64,000 nt of DNA, from the NCBI GenBank assembly GCA_024679065.1, contig JAGIQG010000001.1:104036001-104100000 (forward strand), written 5' to 3'. A program made the position numbers and the translations under genes. Origin of the DNA: Sphyrna mokarran (Eukaryota). The notes beneath the pieces were generated by a model. That model worked only from the letters and a program-made list of their open reading frames with translations. It made no database searches and was not told the origin of the DNA. Of this stretch, positions 51,696 to 64,000 are shown piece after piece (the stretch's first letter is position 1; the number at the start of each line of letters is the position of its first letter).

Positions 51696-53544
51696 ACCTA
51701 CAATTTTCTCTTTTTTTTAAGAGGGGCTTTCATCTATCTCAACAATTTCTGTTGCCAACATTTACCACCTAGACTCACACGTTAATCAGAATAAAATAAA
51801 ACACATAGAGGAGTGCAGTTGTTCTACTAAGTTAACAATTAAATAGTAATATTAAAAACAGTAATAGCGGCATAATCCATAAAACGTTAATAATATTTGG
51901 ACCAATAAAACATGATTGTATCAACACAGTCCTACAGTAACTCCAGTAGGAATGGATAAGGCCAGGATGTCCTGCATTTCTGGGTCAAGATAGAAACAGT
52001 CGAGTAGAATTAGGCATAGATGTCCATCCACTGGCTGATAATCACTTTTGGATCCACTTTTGGATCACTTTCAGACTCACGGAGATTCCATGGAAATTTA
52101 AAAATGACTTTTGGGACCCAATTCCATTCTCCCATTCCATGCTGATCCTAATCTGAATTGGTGCAGGATAAGGACCCGGGTAACAAACTGACACTTTGTA
52201 CTCCCAACATGACCAATTCCTTTGTGGGGAGAGGCATCTACTTCCACTACACCTTCACTCACCCACAGTCAATTTTCATGGAGTCGAGCCAGCTTCTCCA
52301 AAACATGTGACTAACAATTCTCAGAGCGGACCTGAACCATAGTCTGGATTTGGAAACTATTTAAGAGGTAACTTACAAATGTGTTACTCATGCTTCTCAT
52401 GTCCTCTCCATGTCAGCTCAATGCCAAAGCATTGACCCACCACTCCCATGATACTTTGTGCCCTATATGCCAACTCATGCATCCCCAGTGACCTTTCATA
52501 CTCTCTGTGTCAGTCCATGGCAGTTCCATGACTATTGATCCAGTATACACTCTGTAGAGAGCCAATGAACCCTATAGTAACAATGGCATGTGTAGAATGA
52601 CTTAAAAACCCATTCATAATTTTCTTTTTCAAAAAACTGCAGTTGCATACTTATCAAAGTTAACCAGAGCTCTGAAGTAACAACACCAAAAGCTTTAAGC
52701 ACTTGTCGCCTCTTTATCTTGAAAATTACTAAAGGATTTATTCCATTCAGTCTAAATATGTTTAAACTTTTGTGCCTTATTAAAAATAATCACTTGTGCT
52801 TTAAATGGTCTACCCTTTGCATCTGCAAACAATATCTAGCAATACAACAGTCAGGATATGACACAGGGCCATTCATTGTGAATTCCATATGCAGATTTTT
52901 CAAAGCCTGCAGGGCTTCTGGACAATGATATTGAAAGTAAGTAACATTTGCTGGCCTGAATAACTTGCTGCTACAAAACTCAGTTGCATCTGTAAGGTCC
53001 ATCATTCTACAATTTAAAAGACTTTACATGTTTAGGCCAGCAAATGTTTTGACATTTCAGTGTGTGAGTTTAAATCATTACAATGTGATGTTGCACAAGC
53101 AACATCTCTGTAACTTCCCTGCAGCACCATGCAACATAAAATGCAAATTATTCTCCATGATTCTGAGTTCTCACAATAAACATTTTTCTCTGTCGGCTGC
53201 ATTTTCCATTGTGCAAGAATCTCACCATGGTGCGTGAATTACATGTTTCAAATGAGCAAAACTCAAGGGAAAATGTTATAGTGTAAAAAGGTAACATACT
53301 TTCCTCATTACATCTGTATCAAAAAGCAGATTAAATAATGGATTTTGTTTGAAACAACATACCATCAGGAGGCCAATTGCAAATATGCATCTGTTGATTG
53401 CCTATCTATACAAATAGCTTTATAATTCATACATATAAACAACAAATATACCACTGCTGACTTTAAAATGTGAACCTTCATGCTTTAGAAATTTAGGCAC
53501 GTGGTGCCCATTTTTCAGATGCTTATGTGGACTTTTAAAGCTCC

Positions 53545-53850
53545 ATGATATCAAGTAGCATTTGACCGAATATGGCATCAAGACTCCAAACTGGATTTGG
53601 GATAAAACTCTCCACTACCATTGAAATCCGACTTAGCACAAAGGAAAATGATTATCATTATTAGAGGCCAAACATCTCAGTTTCTGGACATCACAGCAGG
53701 AGTTCCTCAGAGTACTGACCTAAGCCCAATCATCTTCAGCTACTTCATCAATAACCTTCTCTCCAGAAGGTCTGGAAGGTCAGAAGAAGGTATATTGGTG
53801 ATTGCACATTCCTTGGTGATTGCACATTCCTTGGTGATTGCACATTCGCT
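53545..53850 (+). mobile_element. L2/CR1-group LINE RT fragment ending in an 18-bp triplication
   Basis: ITAGVPQ..LSP.IFS.FIN motif, then (TTGGTGATTGCACATTCC)x3 at 53795-53847. Confidence 0.75.
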
Positions 53851-54234
53851 ACTTGGATACCAACCCAAAAAGAAACACAACTCAGATACAGAAACACTTG
53901 GTATTAATTGTATCAATTTTGAATTGTGAAACCTGCCCTGTTGGATAAGGGGAAATAAAATGAGTCCTCTACCCACAACTGAAAGAGACGTTGGGCCTTT
54001 TGTGTATACAAATAGTGTCTTATGCCACTTGAGGTCCCGGCTACAAAACTGGTTTATTCTGACATGAGTAGTGCATTCAATGTGCTGAGAGGATACTTGT
54101 CAGATTAGTTTAAAGCCTTGTCTCATATTCCAATTATTTTCATTCTTTCCAAATATAAATTCTTAGTTCATTAAATAACTTGCACATCTCATCATTTCCA
54201 TACAAAGTATTTTGGTTACTATTTAGCTACTGTT

Positions 54235-54640
54235 TTCACTGGAAAGACAGAGGCTGAGAGGAGACCCGTTAGAGGTCTAAACAATTATGAGAGGCATAGA
54301 CAGGTGGATAGTCAGAGACTTTTCCCAGGGTGGAAGTATCAATTATAAGAAGCACAGTTTCATTGTAAGAGGGAGAAAGTTTAACAGAAATGTGTGGGGA
54401 GATTTTTCATGTAAAGACTAATGGGTGCCTGGATCACGCTGCCAGAAGAGGTGGTGGAAGCAGGCATATTAGTAACATTTAGGAAGTATCTGGATGAGTA
54501 CGAGTAGGGAGGGAATAAAGGAATACAGACGAGTAAGGGCAAAAGATTTTTTTTAATTTAGTTAGGGCACCATGATGAGCATGGGCTTGGAGGCCAAAGG
54601 CCTGTTCATGTGCTGTACTTTTCTTCATTCTCTTTGTGGT
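54235..54640 (+). mobile_element. CR1 3' end
   Basis: FSLERQRLRGD motif and tail ggcctgttcatgtgctgtac. Confidence 0.8.
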
Positions 54641-54799
54641 ATTTGTGTTGTATTCTTCAATACGTTGTATAATTCGAAAAGAAGTATGAGATCAAAGTAG
54701 ACTGAAATTTCACAGGTTGGTGAATCAGCTGCTGAAAGAGAATGGAATAATTTGATGCTTTCAATCAAATCTGGTGAGAGTTTGTTTCCCAAATTTTAA

Positions 54800-55102
54800 A
54801 TCCAAAGAATCCTTATAGTGCAGAAAGAGGCCATTCAGCCCATCGAGTTTGCGCTGACAACAATCCCATCCAGATCTTTTCCTTATAACACCATGTATGC
54901 ACCCTGCTAATGACTCTGATGCTAAGGGGCAATTTAACATGGTCAATCTACCTAACCTGCATATCTTTGAAGTGTGGGATGAAACCCACGCAGACATGGG
55001 GAGAATGAGCAAATGCCACACAGATAGTCACCCCGAGGCCAGAATTGAACCCTGTTCCCTGGAGTTGTGAGGCAATAGTACTAACCACTGTGCCATTGTG
55101 CT
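54800..55102 (-). mobile_element. HE1/V-SINE
   Basis: Tail, V-domain and ctaaccactgtgcca head. Confidence 0.88.
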
Positions 55103-56314
55103 AGCTTTAATTGTCTTTCTTTCTTGCTGGTGTGCTTTCATCATATTCAGTTTTTATTTCAGCCCATTAAAATGTTGTTACCAGAGCTCATAAAGCTCAA
55201 TGGGTGAATTTTTATTTTATTTTTCAATCCCTCCTGTAGCTCTCATGGGGAGGGGAGGCAGGGATAGGGAGTGGGTGGAAGTCCTTTTGAAAGGAGCAGA
55301 CAGAAAGTATTTCTGGGGTGTGAATTAGAAGTTACTTAAAGCCATGGAAAACGCATCAGGGAAAAGCACAGAGCAAGCTGGGAGATGGGGAAGTGAGGCC
55401 TCTCCTCTTACTTTCACATCATCTTCCAAATTCAGCTTCGTCATACTTCAGGTAAAATTAGAATGCATAACATGCCATTGGGATAGGTTATGCAATGACA
55501 GTAATTTTCTTGATGATTAGATTGTCGCTTTTGTTCTGTTTCTGTATGTGAAAGAGGGTGAGAGTGACATTAAAAAGAGATATGGGGGATGGTCCTACTG
55601 TGCATTCACAGAGTGCATCAGAGTCAACAGATCATTTTTTGTAATTAGCATTGCTACATCTAGCCACAACACAGTAATATAAGCGTTGCAAACACTTAGA
55701 GAATACAAATTAAAATTGCTAAGCAACATATCTCCCATTTTCCACTGCTACAATCCTTTGCAATAAAAGTTTGCAAACCTGAAAGCAAAAATTGTTGCCA
55801 AACAACCTAAATTTGATTCCTCACAACAGCCACTGAGAGTCACAAAACCTAAATGTTGCAGAATGTCATTTTACGCCATTTTGAGCGTTCTTATATGTGT
55901 TTTCTCTTACATTTCTTATATGTAATTATTTTACTCCCATCTGTTGACAGTTCTGAGCGTGCGTGAGTTTTGAAGGGATTTTCAAGTCTACAAGAGAGTG
56001 TTCTGTTAGCAAGATTTGTATTACTAGTGTTCCTGTTTTCATTGTTATTATTGTTATTGCCAAAGTTCATTATTTTATTACATAAAGAAACCCCTCTTTT
56101 AAACAATGCATTGACAATCTTTCTTGTGGTCTCAACTCACCACAATAAATGTGAGAGAGCCATTTGGTTCACACATTTTCAATAAAGGAAGAAACAACTG
56201 AAATAATCTCAAGATTCTTGTGGCAATATATACACTTTAGTTTCCTTCTGGTGACCTTTCTGATAAGAGTAATTTTTTTTGCCCCACCATCAGAATCTTT
56301 CACCTCCTACCCAA

Positions 56315-56432
56315 TTATAGAGAGGTTTCAGGATAAGATACTATTAAATGTGTATCCTTGGGCAGATTGACTGGAATATGCAGACAATAAACTGTTCGGC
56401 CAATACACACACTGAGCCTCTTGGCTGCAATA
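56315..56432 (-). CDS. Candidate alternative terminal coding exon (x-IAAKRLSVCIGRTVYCLHIPVNLPKDTHLIVSYPETSL-stop), host gene unidentified
   Basis: Long polypyrimidine tract ending ttcttag with ctttaat upstream; phase-2 open frame of 38 codons ending ETSL-TAA; AATAAA at 56074-56079 (minus); unique flanks. Confidence 0.45.
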
Positions 56433-56927
56433 CTAAGAAGAGGAAGACCAAAGAAACAGAGAGAAAGAAAGAGACCAATGATTAAAGCTAATGTACATTT
56501 AAAAAGCTAAAAGAGAGGGGAAAAAAAAAACTCCCAGTGAGAGAAAATTCAGGAAGGGTGGGAGCAGAAAAGAGGAGAAAGGTAGAAAATAAAACAGCAA
56601 TCTGAACAGAGAAAGCAGACATATTGGGAATACATGTAGAAACCTTTTTTTGTGTCAGTGTGCATTTTTCCAGTGTTTTTTGCTACTTGCTCTATCTGTA
56701 TATGTCTCAAATCAAAAGTATCTAACCAGCGTTCTTGCTATTTGCTCGTGGTTTATTAGTATTTATATTGTAAAATTACAGGATTACCAGTTTTAACATT
56801 TGTTTAGCGGATAGCCCATTTAGGCCAGCAAAAAAAAGCTACATTGTTTACATATTAACATTTAGTTAAACTAACTCAGATGTACTTCAGTTGCTTGCTT
56901 GCCATTCACCAAAATTGCTAATCCTTT

Positions 56928-57251
56928 AGGGCAACATAGTGGCATATTGATTATTACTGTTGCCTCACAGAGCCAGGGTTGCAGGTTCAATTCCACCCTC
57001 GGGTACTGTCTGTGTGAAGTTTACACGTTTTCCCCGTGTCTGTATGACGTTCCTCCTGGTACTCTAGTTGCCTCCCACAGTTCAAAGATGTCCAGGTTAT
57101 GTTGATTGGCTGTGCTAATTTGACCCTAGTGTCAGCGAGTTAACGAGGTAAATGTTTGGGGTTATGGAAATGGGGCCTGGATGGGATTGTGGTCAGTACA
57201 GACTTGATGGACCTAATGGCCTCCTTTTGTACTGTAGGGATTCTATGATTC
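56928..57251 (+). mobile_element. HE1/V-SINE
   Basis: Head, V-domain and gtagggattctatga tail. Confidence 0.88.
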
Positions 57252-57825
57252 ATCTCTCCAGAAGTGGAAGTTGAGACAGTAAGATGGTACAAACTGACAC
57301 TATATATCTTCAAGTGGAAATTACATCCTACTCTGCACGTATGTCATTTTCTAACTCAATTGGGCACTCAGAAATTATATCATTTGGACTAAATTAAGAT
57401 ATTTATTAATAAATTCAGGATAGCTCATCTCGGGTCCCATGTAGGTCTGGCTTTGTTTTATCTTTATATCTTTACTGGTTATAGAGTTACATGCAGGAGT
57501 GGAGGTGGGACATGTATAATGTACTTACAATATTTAGATTTGGAACTATTTCAAATTAATAATGATTTGTGAAACAGAGACTGCTTTACACATATATCGA
57601 TATTATATTATCTCATTCTGTAGTCATGTATAATGTCTTTATATTTCATGTTTAACAAGATAATTCTTCACTAAATAAGTCAACTTCCAGCAGTATTAAA
57701 TAGGTTAGTTCCTTTCAAAGCAGTGAATTGAGAAATTGAGGAATTGAAGAATAATGTATTCAATGTTCATGCATTATGTTTAGACAGCAATTTGTATTAT
57801 GTCCAATCTAAAATAAAACACAATG

Positions 57826-58600
57826 GCCAAGATTTTACCGGCCTGCCTCCACATGAATCGGAGTGAGCAAGGGACAGAGCGTGGAAAAGTCCATTGATCT
57901 TAGGCAGGATTTTACACTTTTGGGTCAGTGAGGCCATAAAATCCCACTCATTGCGGAGTTTGATGGCAAAAGGGATACCACTGTTCTTTTTTTCTGCCAT
58001 AATTAAGTCCATGGAAGGAAGGCCTGTGGATGCTTTCATGCCTTTCTACCAGTTGAAATCTTTATGTGGATAATTATTGTCTGCTTAAGTGTCTCATCCT
58101 GTAACTGCTGCTATTCATCCCGTGAAGGTTAGGGTGTCCCTTGTCCTGAGTCACTCAATGTCTGATCAGGGGACTTAACATCAAAAAGAAAGGAGCAGTG
58201 GAGAGCGACCCCTCACCATTGCTATTAATTACCCACTCTACACCTCTTCTCTGTGACATTAACCCCCCCCCCTCCCCCGCAATCCCATCCCACAATCTTC
58301 ACCTGTGCCTGGCTCCAATACAATGCTCAGATTCAAGTGGGTTTAGTACCAGCAGCGATCGCCATTCTTCCCCAGTGGTGCTGCTAAGCAATTAAGTGCT
58401 GCCAGCCTCTGATTGGCTGACAGTCTTTGGTGAGCAAGGTTCCATTTCTTGGGGTCCTATGTTCCTGAAGAGGACCTACTGCTGCCCAGTTAAGTGCCTG
58501 ATTAGCAATAATTCAGCAGATCTTCTCTAAAGAAGGAAATATGGGACACATGGCAGCTCCTAACCATCAGACGAGACGTACATCACTCCCATGAAATACC
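57826..58600. mobile_element. Decayed GC-richer non-autonomous DNA-transposon-like element
   Basis: ggccaagattttacc start typical of the GGG/GGC MITE families here; right TIR poorly conserved. Confidence 0.35.
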
Positions 58601-58664
58601 ATTCAAATCAATGAATAACAATGGAAACATTCCAGATTTTAATAACTTTCTTCACACAAGTTTT

Positions 58665-59120
58665 GATTTGATTATTATTGTCATAGGTATTAGTGTAGTC
58701 AAAAATATTGTTTCTTGCATGCTATACAGACCAAGCATACCAGAATGATAGGGAGTGGGATAGCTTAATCTTGGTTTTGGACAAAGCTCAGCACAACATT
58801 GAGGACTGAATGGTCTGTACTGTGCTGTACTGTTCTATGCTTATAGAGAAGGGAAAGGACAGAGTGCAGAATATAGTGTTACAGTCATAGCTAAGGTGTA
58901 GAGAAAAATCAACTTAAAGTGAGATAAGTCCATTCAAAAATCTGACAGCAATAGGAAGGTATGTGACCTCAGACTTTGGTATCTTTTCCCAGCAGAAGAA
59001 GGTGGAAGAGGGAATTTCTGGGGTGCATGGTGTCCTTAATTATGCTAGCTGCATTTCCAAGGTAGCAGGAACTGTGGACAGAGTGAATAGATGGGAGCCG
59101 TTCGCGTGATGAGTTGCATT
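58665..59120 (-). mobile_element. Rex1/Babar 3' end with a short opposite-strand CR1 tail inserted at ~58742-58840
   Basis: Homology to 22490-22780, interrupted by ...gtactgtgctgtactgttctatg. Confidence 0.8.
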
Positions 59121-62100
59121 ATGAAAAAGAATTCATTTTGCTACTTAAAATAAAAAATATCATAGTATTTAACAAGGGTACCATGATTCAAGTTTAACTG
59201 TCGGTGCAAGATTAGAACTCTTTAAGAATTCTAAAACATTGTTCTATCTGGCACACAATCAATGAAATGATTTCCCTCACAGATGTGACATTCTGTCTCC
59301 CCTGCTGCATACATTTAATCATCTGGATAGGTTGGTCATTACCTAATTCCAGATCAAATTATGCCAGTATAACTGTTGCTAATACATTACTACTGATATA
59401 AAAAGCCTTTCTGTGTGAAACTGTCACAGTTTCTCAACATCAATTATCTATCAACTCAGAATATAATTTTTATGACGGCAATGGGAGGATTATTAATGGA
59501 TCAACTAGTGGGCTTCATGGAATATGAGCGGCCTTATTGAACAAGCAAAGACTTGCCCAATGAAAAGTAGTCAGCAGGGTTCCCTAAGCCTCCAGTTTTA
59601 CCCAGACTGGAGTTGTAGGTCCTGAGGTAAAGGCTACCTGACTGTAAGCCACAGGAACAGCCTTATCCTTTGGTGCATGATAAAGGGTGTTGATGGTGGA
59701 AACCAGCATGTGGCTGAATTACTACATTGGCAATAAGAAGAAAAAATTTTCCTTCACATTTCCCTCCAGACAACAACTGCATGTCAAGAATTTCTCTGGT
59801 AAGAAGAAAAATCATCGTCCCTCTGTTTGGGAAATTCGAGCCCTATGACACAAGTGGGAGAATCTAGGTCCAATACACTGAGTGAATGTATTACTTCTTC
59901 CATGCTTATAACATTGAAGGAAATGAAAAGCATAAAATGATATTGCTAACTACATGCAGGCACTGACTTCTGGTATGATAAGAAATCTGACTTAACCAAA
60001 TGCCCCAACTCAAAAATGTTTAACAAACTCTTAGACTTGGTAAAAGCCACTATGACCTAAAGCTCCCAGTAAATCACCGGCAATGCCATTTCACATGGTT
60101 TGGAGAAGTCCTGGGGAACATATCACTAAGTTCTTATTTAGGTTATGGAAATTAGCTGAACCCTGAAAATTTGGACCACCTCTTAATGAAATATTATAGG
60201 ATAGATTGATATGTTACATAAATGGCCTAAACATCCAAAATAAGTTGTTGCTAGAATCCAAATTGAATGTAAAAAAAGGCATTGACATAGCTTTGTCAGT
60301 TGAGAATGCAGAAAAGGGAGCTTTGAAGCTACAAGGAGCATCAGGCAGCAATATCTTCCAACTAGGGAGCAGGACTTCATTCAAACAGTCCTCAATAAAA
60401 GGTGTTTGTTTCAATCAGATATTAAAGGGCCCCATTTGATATAGGAATGCTAATGTTGCCACCAGACAGTCAAGGAATGACTGTGGCTACTTCAAGAGTA
60501 TTATATAACATAGTCCAGAAAGATGTAGTTGCCAGTGGATGGACTACTACAAGCACTGTCAATAGCAATTTTCAGGATCAGGCAAAATGAGTGTTGCTTA
60601 GGAATGAAGCCGGGGTACCTGAGCATATAATGCAGGTATACCCTCTTTCAAAGACAGCGACACTGCAACTGAATTGTACTGTAACAATGAAAGTTGCCCC
60701 AATAATGGTAAAATTACGAATAAATGGCTATCTCTTGAAGATAGAAGTTGACATGGGAGCTGCAGTCTCCATTTTTGGAGAACAAATCTATAAGCACCTC
60801 CCTTCAGGCATCCAATTCCTGAATTTGGAAGATATGAAAGTCAAGCTAGCCATCTGCATGGGGGAACCTTCACACATAAGAAGCACTACAGTGGCCCCAG
60901 TGACCTGTAAACAGTAATTAGCTCTTCTACCATTCATTATTGCATGGGTACAAGGACTCAGCCTTATGGGAAGAGATTGGCTCCAGCAGATTTGGCTGAA
61001 CTGGTTGGAGATCTTCAGGCCAGGTGTGGAGGGACTGTATGAGGTGATCAGTAAATATCCTGTTTTCAGGAAGGCCTGGGCAAAATAGAAGCTAAAGTCA
61101 AGATCTATGTTGGCCCCGATGATACAGCTTGACAGTTCAGATCGAGGTTAGTCCCTGATTCCATGCTGGAGAAGGTGCATACTGAACTAGGATGCTTTGA
61201 AAGCTTGTGTATGAAAAAAGCTTGTGTATGAATGGACCACACTGTAGTCCCTGTTCTTAAACCCAGTAAATCAGTTCATCTCTGCAGGAACGATAAACAA
61301 ACTATCAGTCAGGTCTCAAAACTCAATAGATACTTTATGGTTTGGATTGAAAATCCCTAAATCTCTAAGTTAACAGATGGCAAGACATTCTCCATGCCTA
61401 TCTCCAACTTTAATTGGACAAGTCTTCTTGGAAATATCTGATCAACTCCTGGCCAGCATCTTCATTGTTGATCCTCCCAGGTAGCCATAAAGTAATTCCA
61501 TTAATATTGGATGTTGTCCTGGAGGTGGAACAGTTACTCAGGAGCGTCAAAGAATGATCCTGTCTTCAACTGAAAGCTCCAAACTTTGTAGTCAGGGAGA
61601 GTTTCATTGTCCTGGAGAGTTGGCCTTGGAATCTCCCTTGTGGGATCATGCACCTAACTTTGTATAAGTTTGGGATACTTTTGGGTGCAAGCTTCGATCC
61701 GTCATGGCAAGGTATTGACAAGGTCTCCAAAAAGTTCAGGATCATCACAATCTCTTCTACTGCTGGGAAAGGAGCCAGGCTTGTGGGCAAAGGAAGACAA
61801 CTCAGAACATCTGCATTAGCTATCTGCGTTCCGGAGCTGTGTTTCAGAATATATTCATAGGCTGCCAATAACAAAGCCCAATACTGTGTCTGAGCAGAGG
61901 TGTAGGGGGGAATTGCTGTGCCCTCTTAAAGAGACCCAGTAAGGGTTTTTGGTCAGTCCACAATAGATATTTTGATAGAATTTCTTTATACCAAATATAA
62001 ATGTCAACTCTTCTTTCTCATTTTGAGAATATCGTCATTCTGCATGCAAAAGGATCTTGGAGGGAAATATAATGGGCTTCTCCATCCTGTCTTTGCAGCA

Positions 62101-62311
62101 TTTCACCAACCCAATAGGGGAAAGCATCACAGATCAAAACAAGTTCTTTCTTTGGGTCAAATGAGCCAGTAGGTTGGATTACAATAACTGACATTTGATC
62201 TGAAAAAAGTCTTCTTTGGCCAAGCTCTCCAACAACATCTGTGATATTTTTGTTGTCCGGTGTGCAAGAGGGCCAGCATGGAAGCCAAATTCAGGATGAA
62301 TTTGATAAGTT

Positions 62312-62424
62312 TATGGAAGAGAAGGGAATGGTTTAGTTTGGAGGGTCATTGCTTTTTTCATAATTGGTCGGCGCAACATCGAAGGCCGAAGGGCCTGTTC
62401 TGCGCTGTAATGTTCTATGTTCTA
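62312..62424 (+). mobile_element. CR1 3' tail at the inversion breakpoint
   Basis: ggtcggcgcaacatcgaaggccgaagggcctgttctgcgctgtaatgttctatgttctat, with CpGs intact. Confidence 0.8.
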
Positions 62425-62782
62425 TATCACACACCACAACAAGTATTTCTCCAGCAGAGTTGATGGGAGGATGACTTCAAACCAGATTGATCCTATTATT
62501 CCCAAATTTGGGGGGTTGGTGTTGGGGGAATGGGGCATTTCAACAGGCAAACCAAAAAAGAAACTTTGTTTGCACAAGGGCAGAAAGACCCTTTGCGATG
62601 GGTGATCTGATTCATGCAAGTAACTTCAGAGATAGTTCCAAAACTGATCCCTGGGATAATAATGGAGAAAACAGGACCAGTGTTTTACAAGATTAAAGTT
62701 CAGGGTAAAACTGTAAGGAAGCATTTAAACCACCTCAGGGTCAGGGAGTACTTGCCCAAGCTGTCAGCACTATAGGTTATTA

Positions 62783-63066
62783 CTTATTATTTATTTTTGT
62801 CACTAGTAGGCTCACATTAACACCGCAATGAAGTTCTTGAAAATCCCTATGTCGCCACATTTCGGTGCTTGTTCAGGTACACAGAGAGAATTTAGCATGG
62901 CCAATGCACCTAATCGCCACATCTTTCGCACTGTGGGAGGAAACCAGAGCACACGGAGGAAACCCATTCAGACGCAGAGCAAACTAACCTTCTCTGCACA
63001 GACAGTGATCCAAACCAGGAATCGAAGCCATGTCCCTCATGCTGAGGTAGCAGTGCTAGATAGCTG
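62783..63066 (-). mobile_element. V-SINE variant with alternative tail, nested in Gypsy
   Basis: ggctcacattaacaccgcaatgaagtt...aaaatccctatgtcgcc tail plus V-domain. Confidence 0.85.
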
Positions 63067-64000
63067 CTAGCTAGATAGTGGAGATATTCGCTGCCAGCAC
63101 CAGCCCTGGCTTGAAACTGACTCTGTGTAGCCCCTCTAAATAGTGAAGGTACAAACATTAAGATGGATGTTGTAGAAGTGGGTCTCCAGGCTGAAATGGA
63201 TTTTGAGGAGGAACCCACTTTGGTAACTCTGAGACTCTTTCTGCAATAAAGATTTGGTATAAACCCCTATCTCAGCCCTAACTTCAGCCACAAAAGATCA
63301 TCATTAAATGTAGCCGTCATGGAGTGTGAGCTTCCTTATTAAGTGAGTGGAGACATGCCCAATAGGAAGCAGCCAGTGGGGTTTTTAAGCCTGCAATTTT
63401 ACCTGGACAGGAGTTGTAGGTCCCAAGGTGAAGACTACCTCACTGCAGGCTGCAGGAGTGGTCTTTTTCTTTGATTCACATTAAAGGGTATTGGTGATGG
63501 GAACCGGCATGTGGCCGAATTACTACAGTAATTAATATTAAAACACAACATTTACACATCTTTTATCACAGCATGAGAAAGGAGCTGGACAGCGGCCAAT
63601 AGCATGAGATGTGCATGGTGATCTACAAACATTTAACAAATCCCATCATGGTTTCCAAAATCATTGCAGTCTATCACAATGATTATTTTGAAGTGCTAGA
63701 GAGAAAAGACATATAACTGAGCAAACTACAGGTAGGCATTAAGAACAATATTTCTATTTTTGGATATAATGTTTATGACAGGGAAGAGGAACATTATAGT
63801 TCCTCATTGATTGCTGTGGAAAGATAATAATTAGCACTTAACTGGGAATCCACAATATATTTCAGTTATCGTTTAATGGAAAATATAACACTACTTGCTT
63901 TTATTTAAAGATGTATTTTCCAATTGAATAAAAAAAGGAATATAATTTGGATTATCGATAGTTTGTAACTTGTTTTCGATCAGCATCAGATTAAGGTTAT

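Larger units (their letters stand above)
59507..63527 (+). mobile_element. Gypsy LTR retrotransposon, decayed provirus with both LTRs and an internal inversion
   Basis: LTRs ~59507-59726 and ~63309-63527 both end gaattactaCA; PBS-like ttggcaataag. gag PLFGKFEPYD, protease IEVDMGAAVSI, RT VVPVLKP; RNase H motifs on the minus strand; integrase tail SPAELMGG..RKHL.HLR. Confidence 0.88.

Overview
AT-rich, CpG-depleted vertebrate DNA. The repeat content (HE1/V-SINEs, Deu-domain SINEs, CR1, Rex1/Babar, RTE, Penelope and Gypsy relics, GGG...CCC MITEs) points to a shark, probably carcharhiniform; this is an inference from repeat families. No intact multi-exon gene or intact transposon ORF is visible, and most ORF-track entries are noise or pieces of decayed retroelements. 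The window is best read as a large intron or intergenic block. Most notable: (1) two phase-compatible minus-strand exon candidates, a 33-nt microexon at 27951-27983 with a downstream QKI-type motif and a terminal exon at 56315-56432 ending in a class I PDZ ligand (ETSL); (2) a near-full-length old CR1 (~35.0-40.3 kb) carrying two young inverted copies of nearby upstream DNA; (3) a Penelope remnant with an 11-bp TSD and a decayed minimal hammerhead ribozyme; (4) one V-SINE body carrying two different 3' tails; (5) a Gypsy provirus with both LTRs and an internal inversion. I cannot support a wholly new biological system from the sequence alone. Repeat boundaries are approximate unless a TSD or TIR is quoted.
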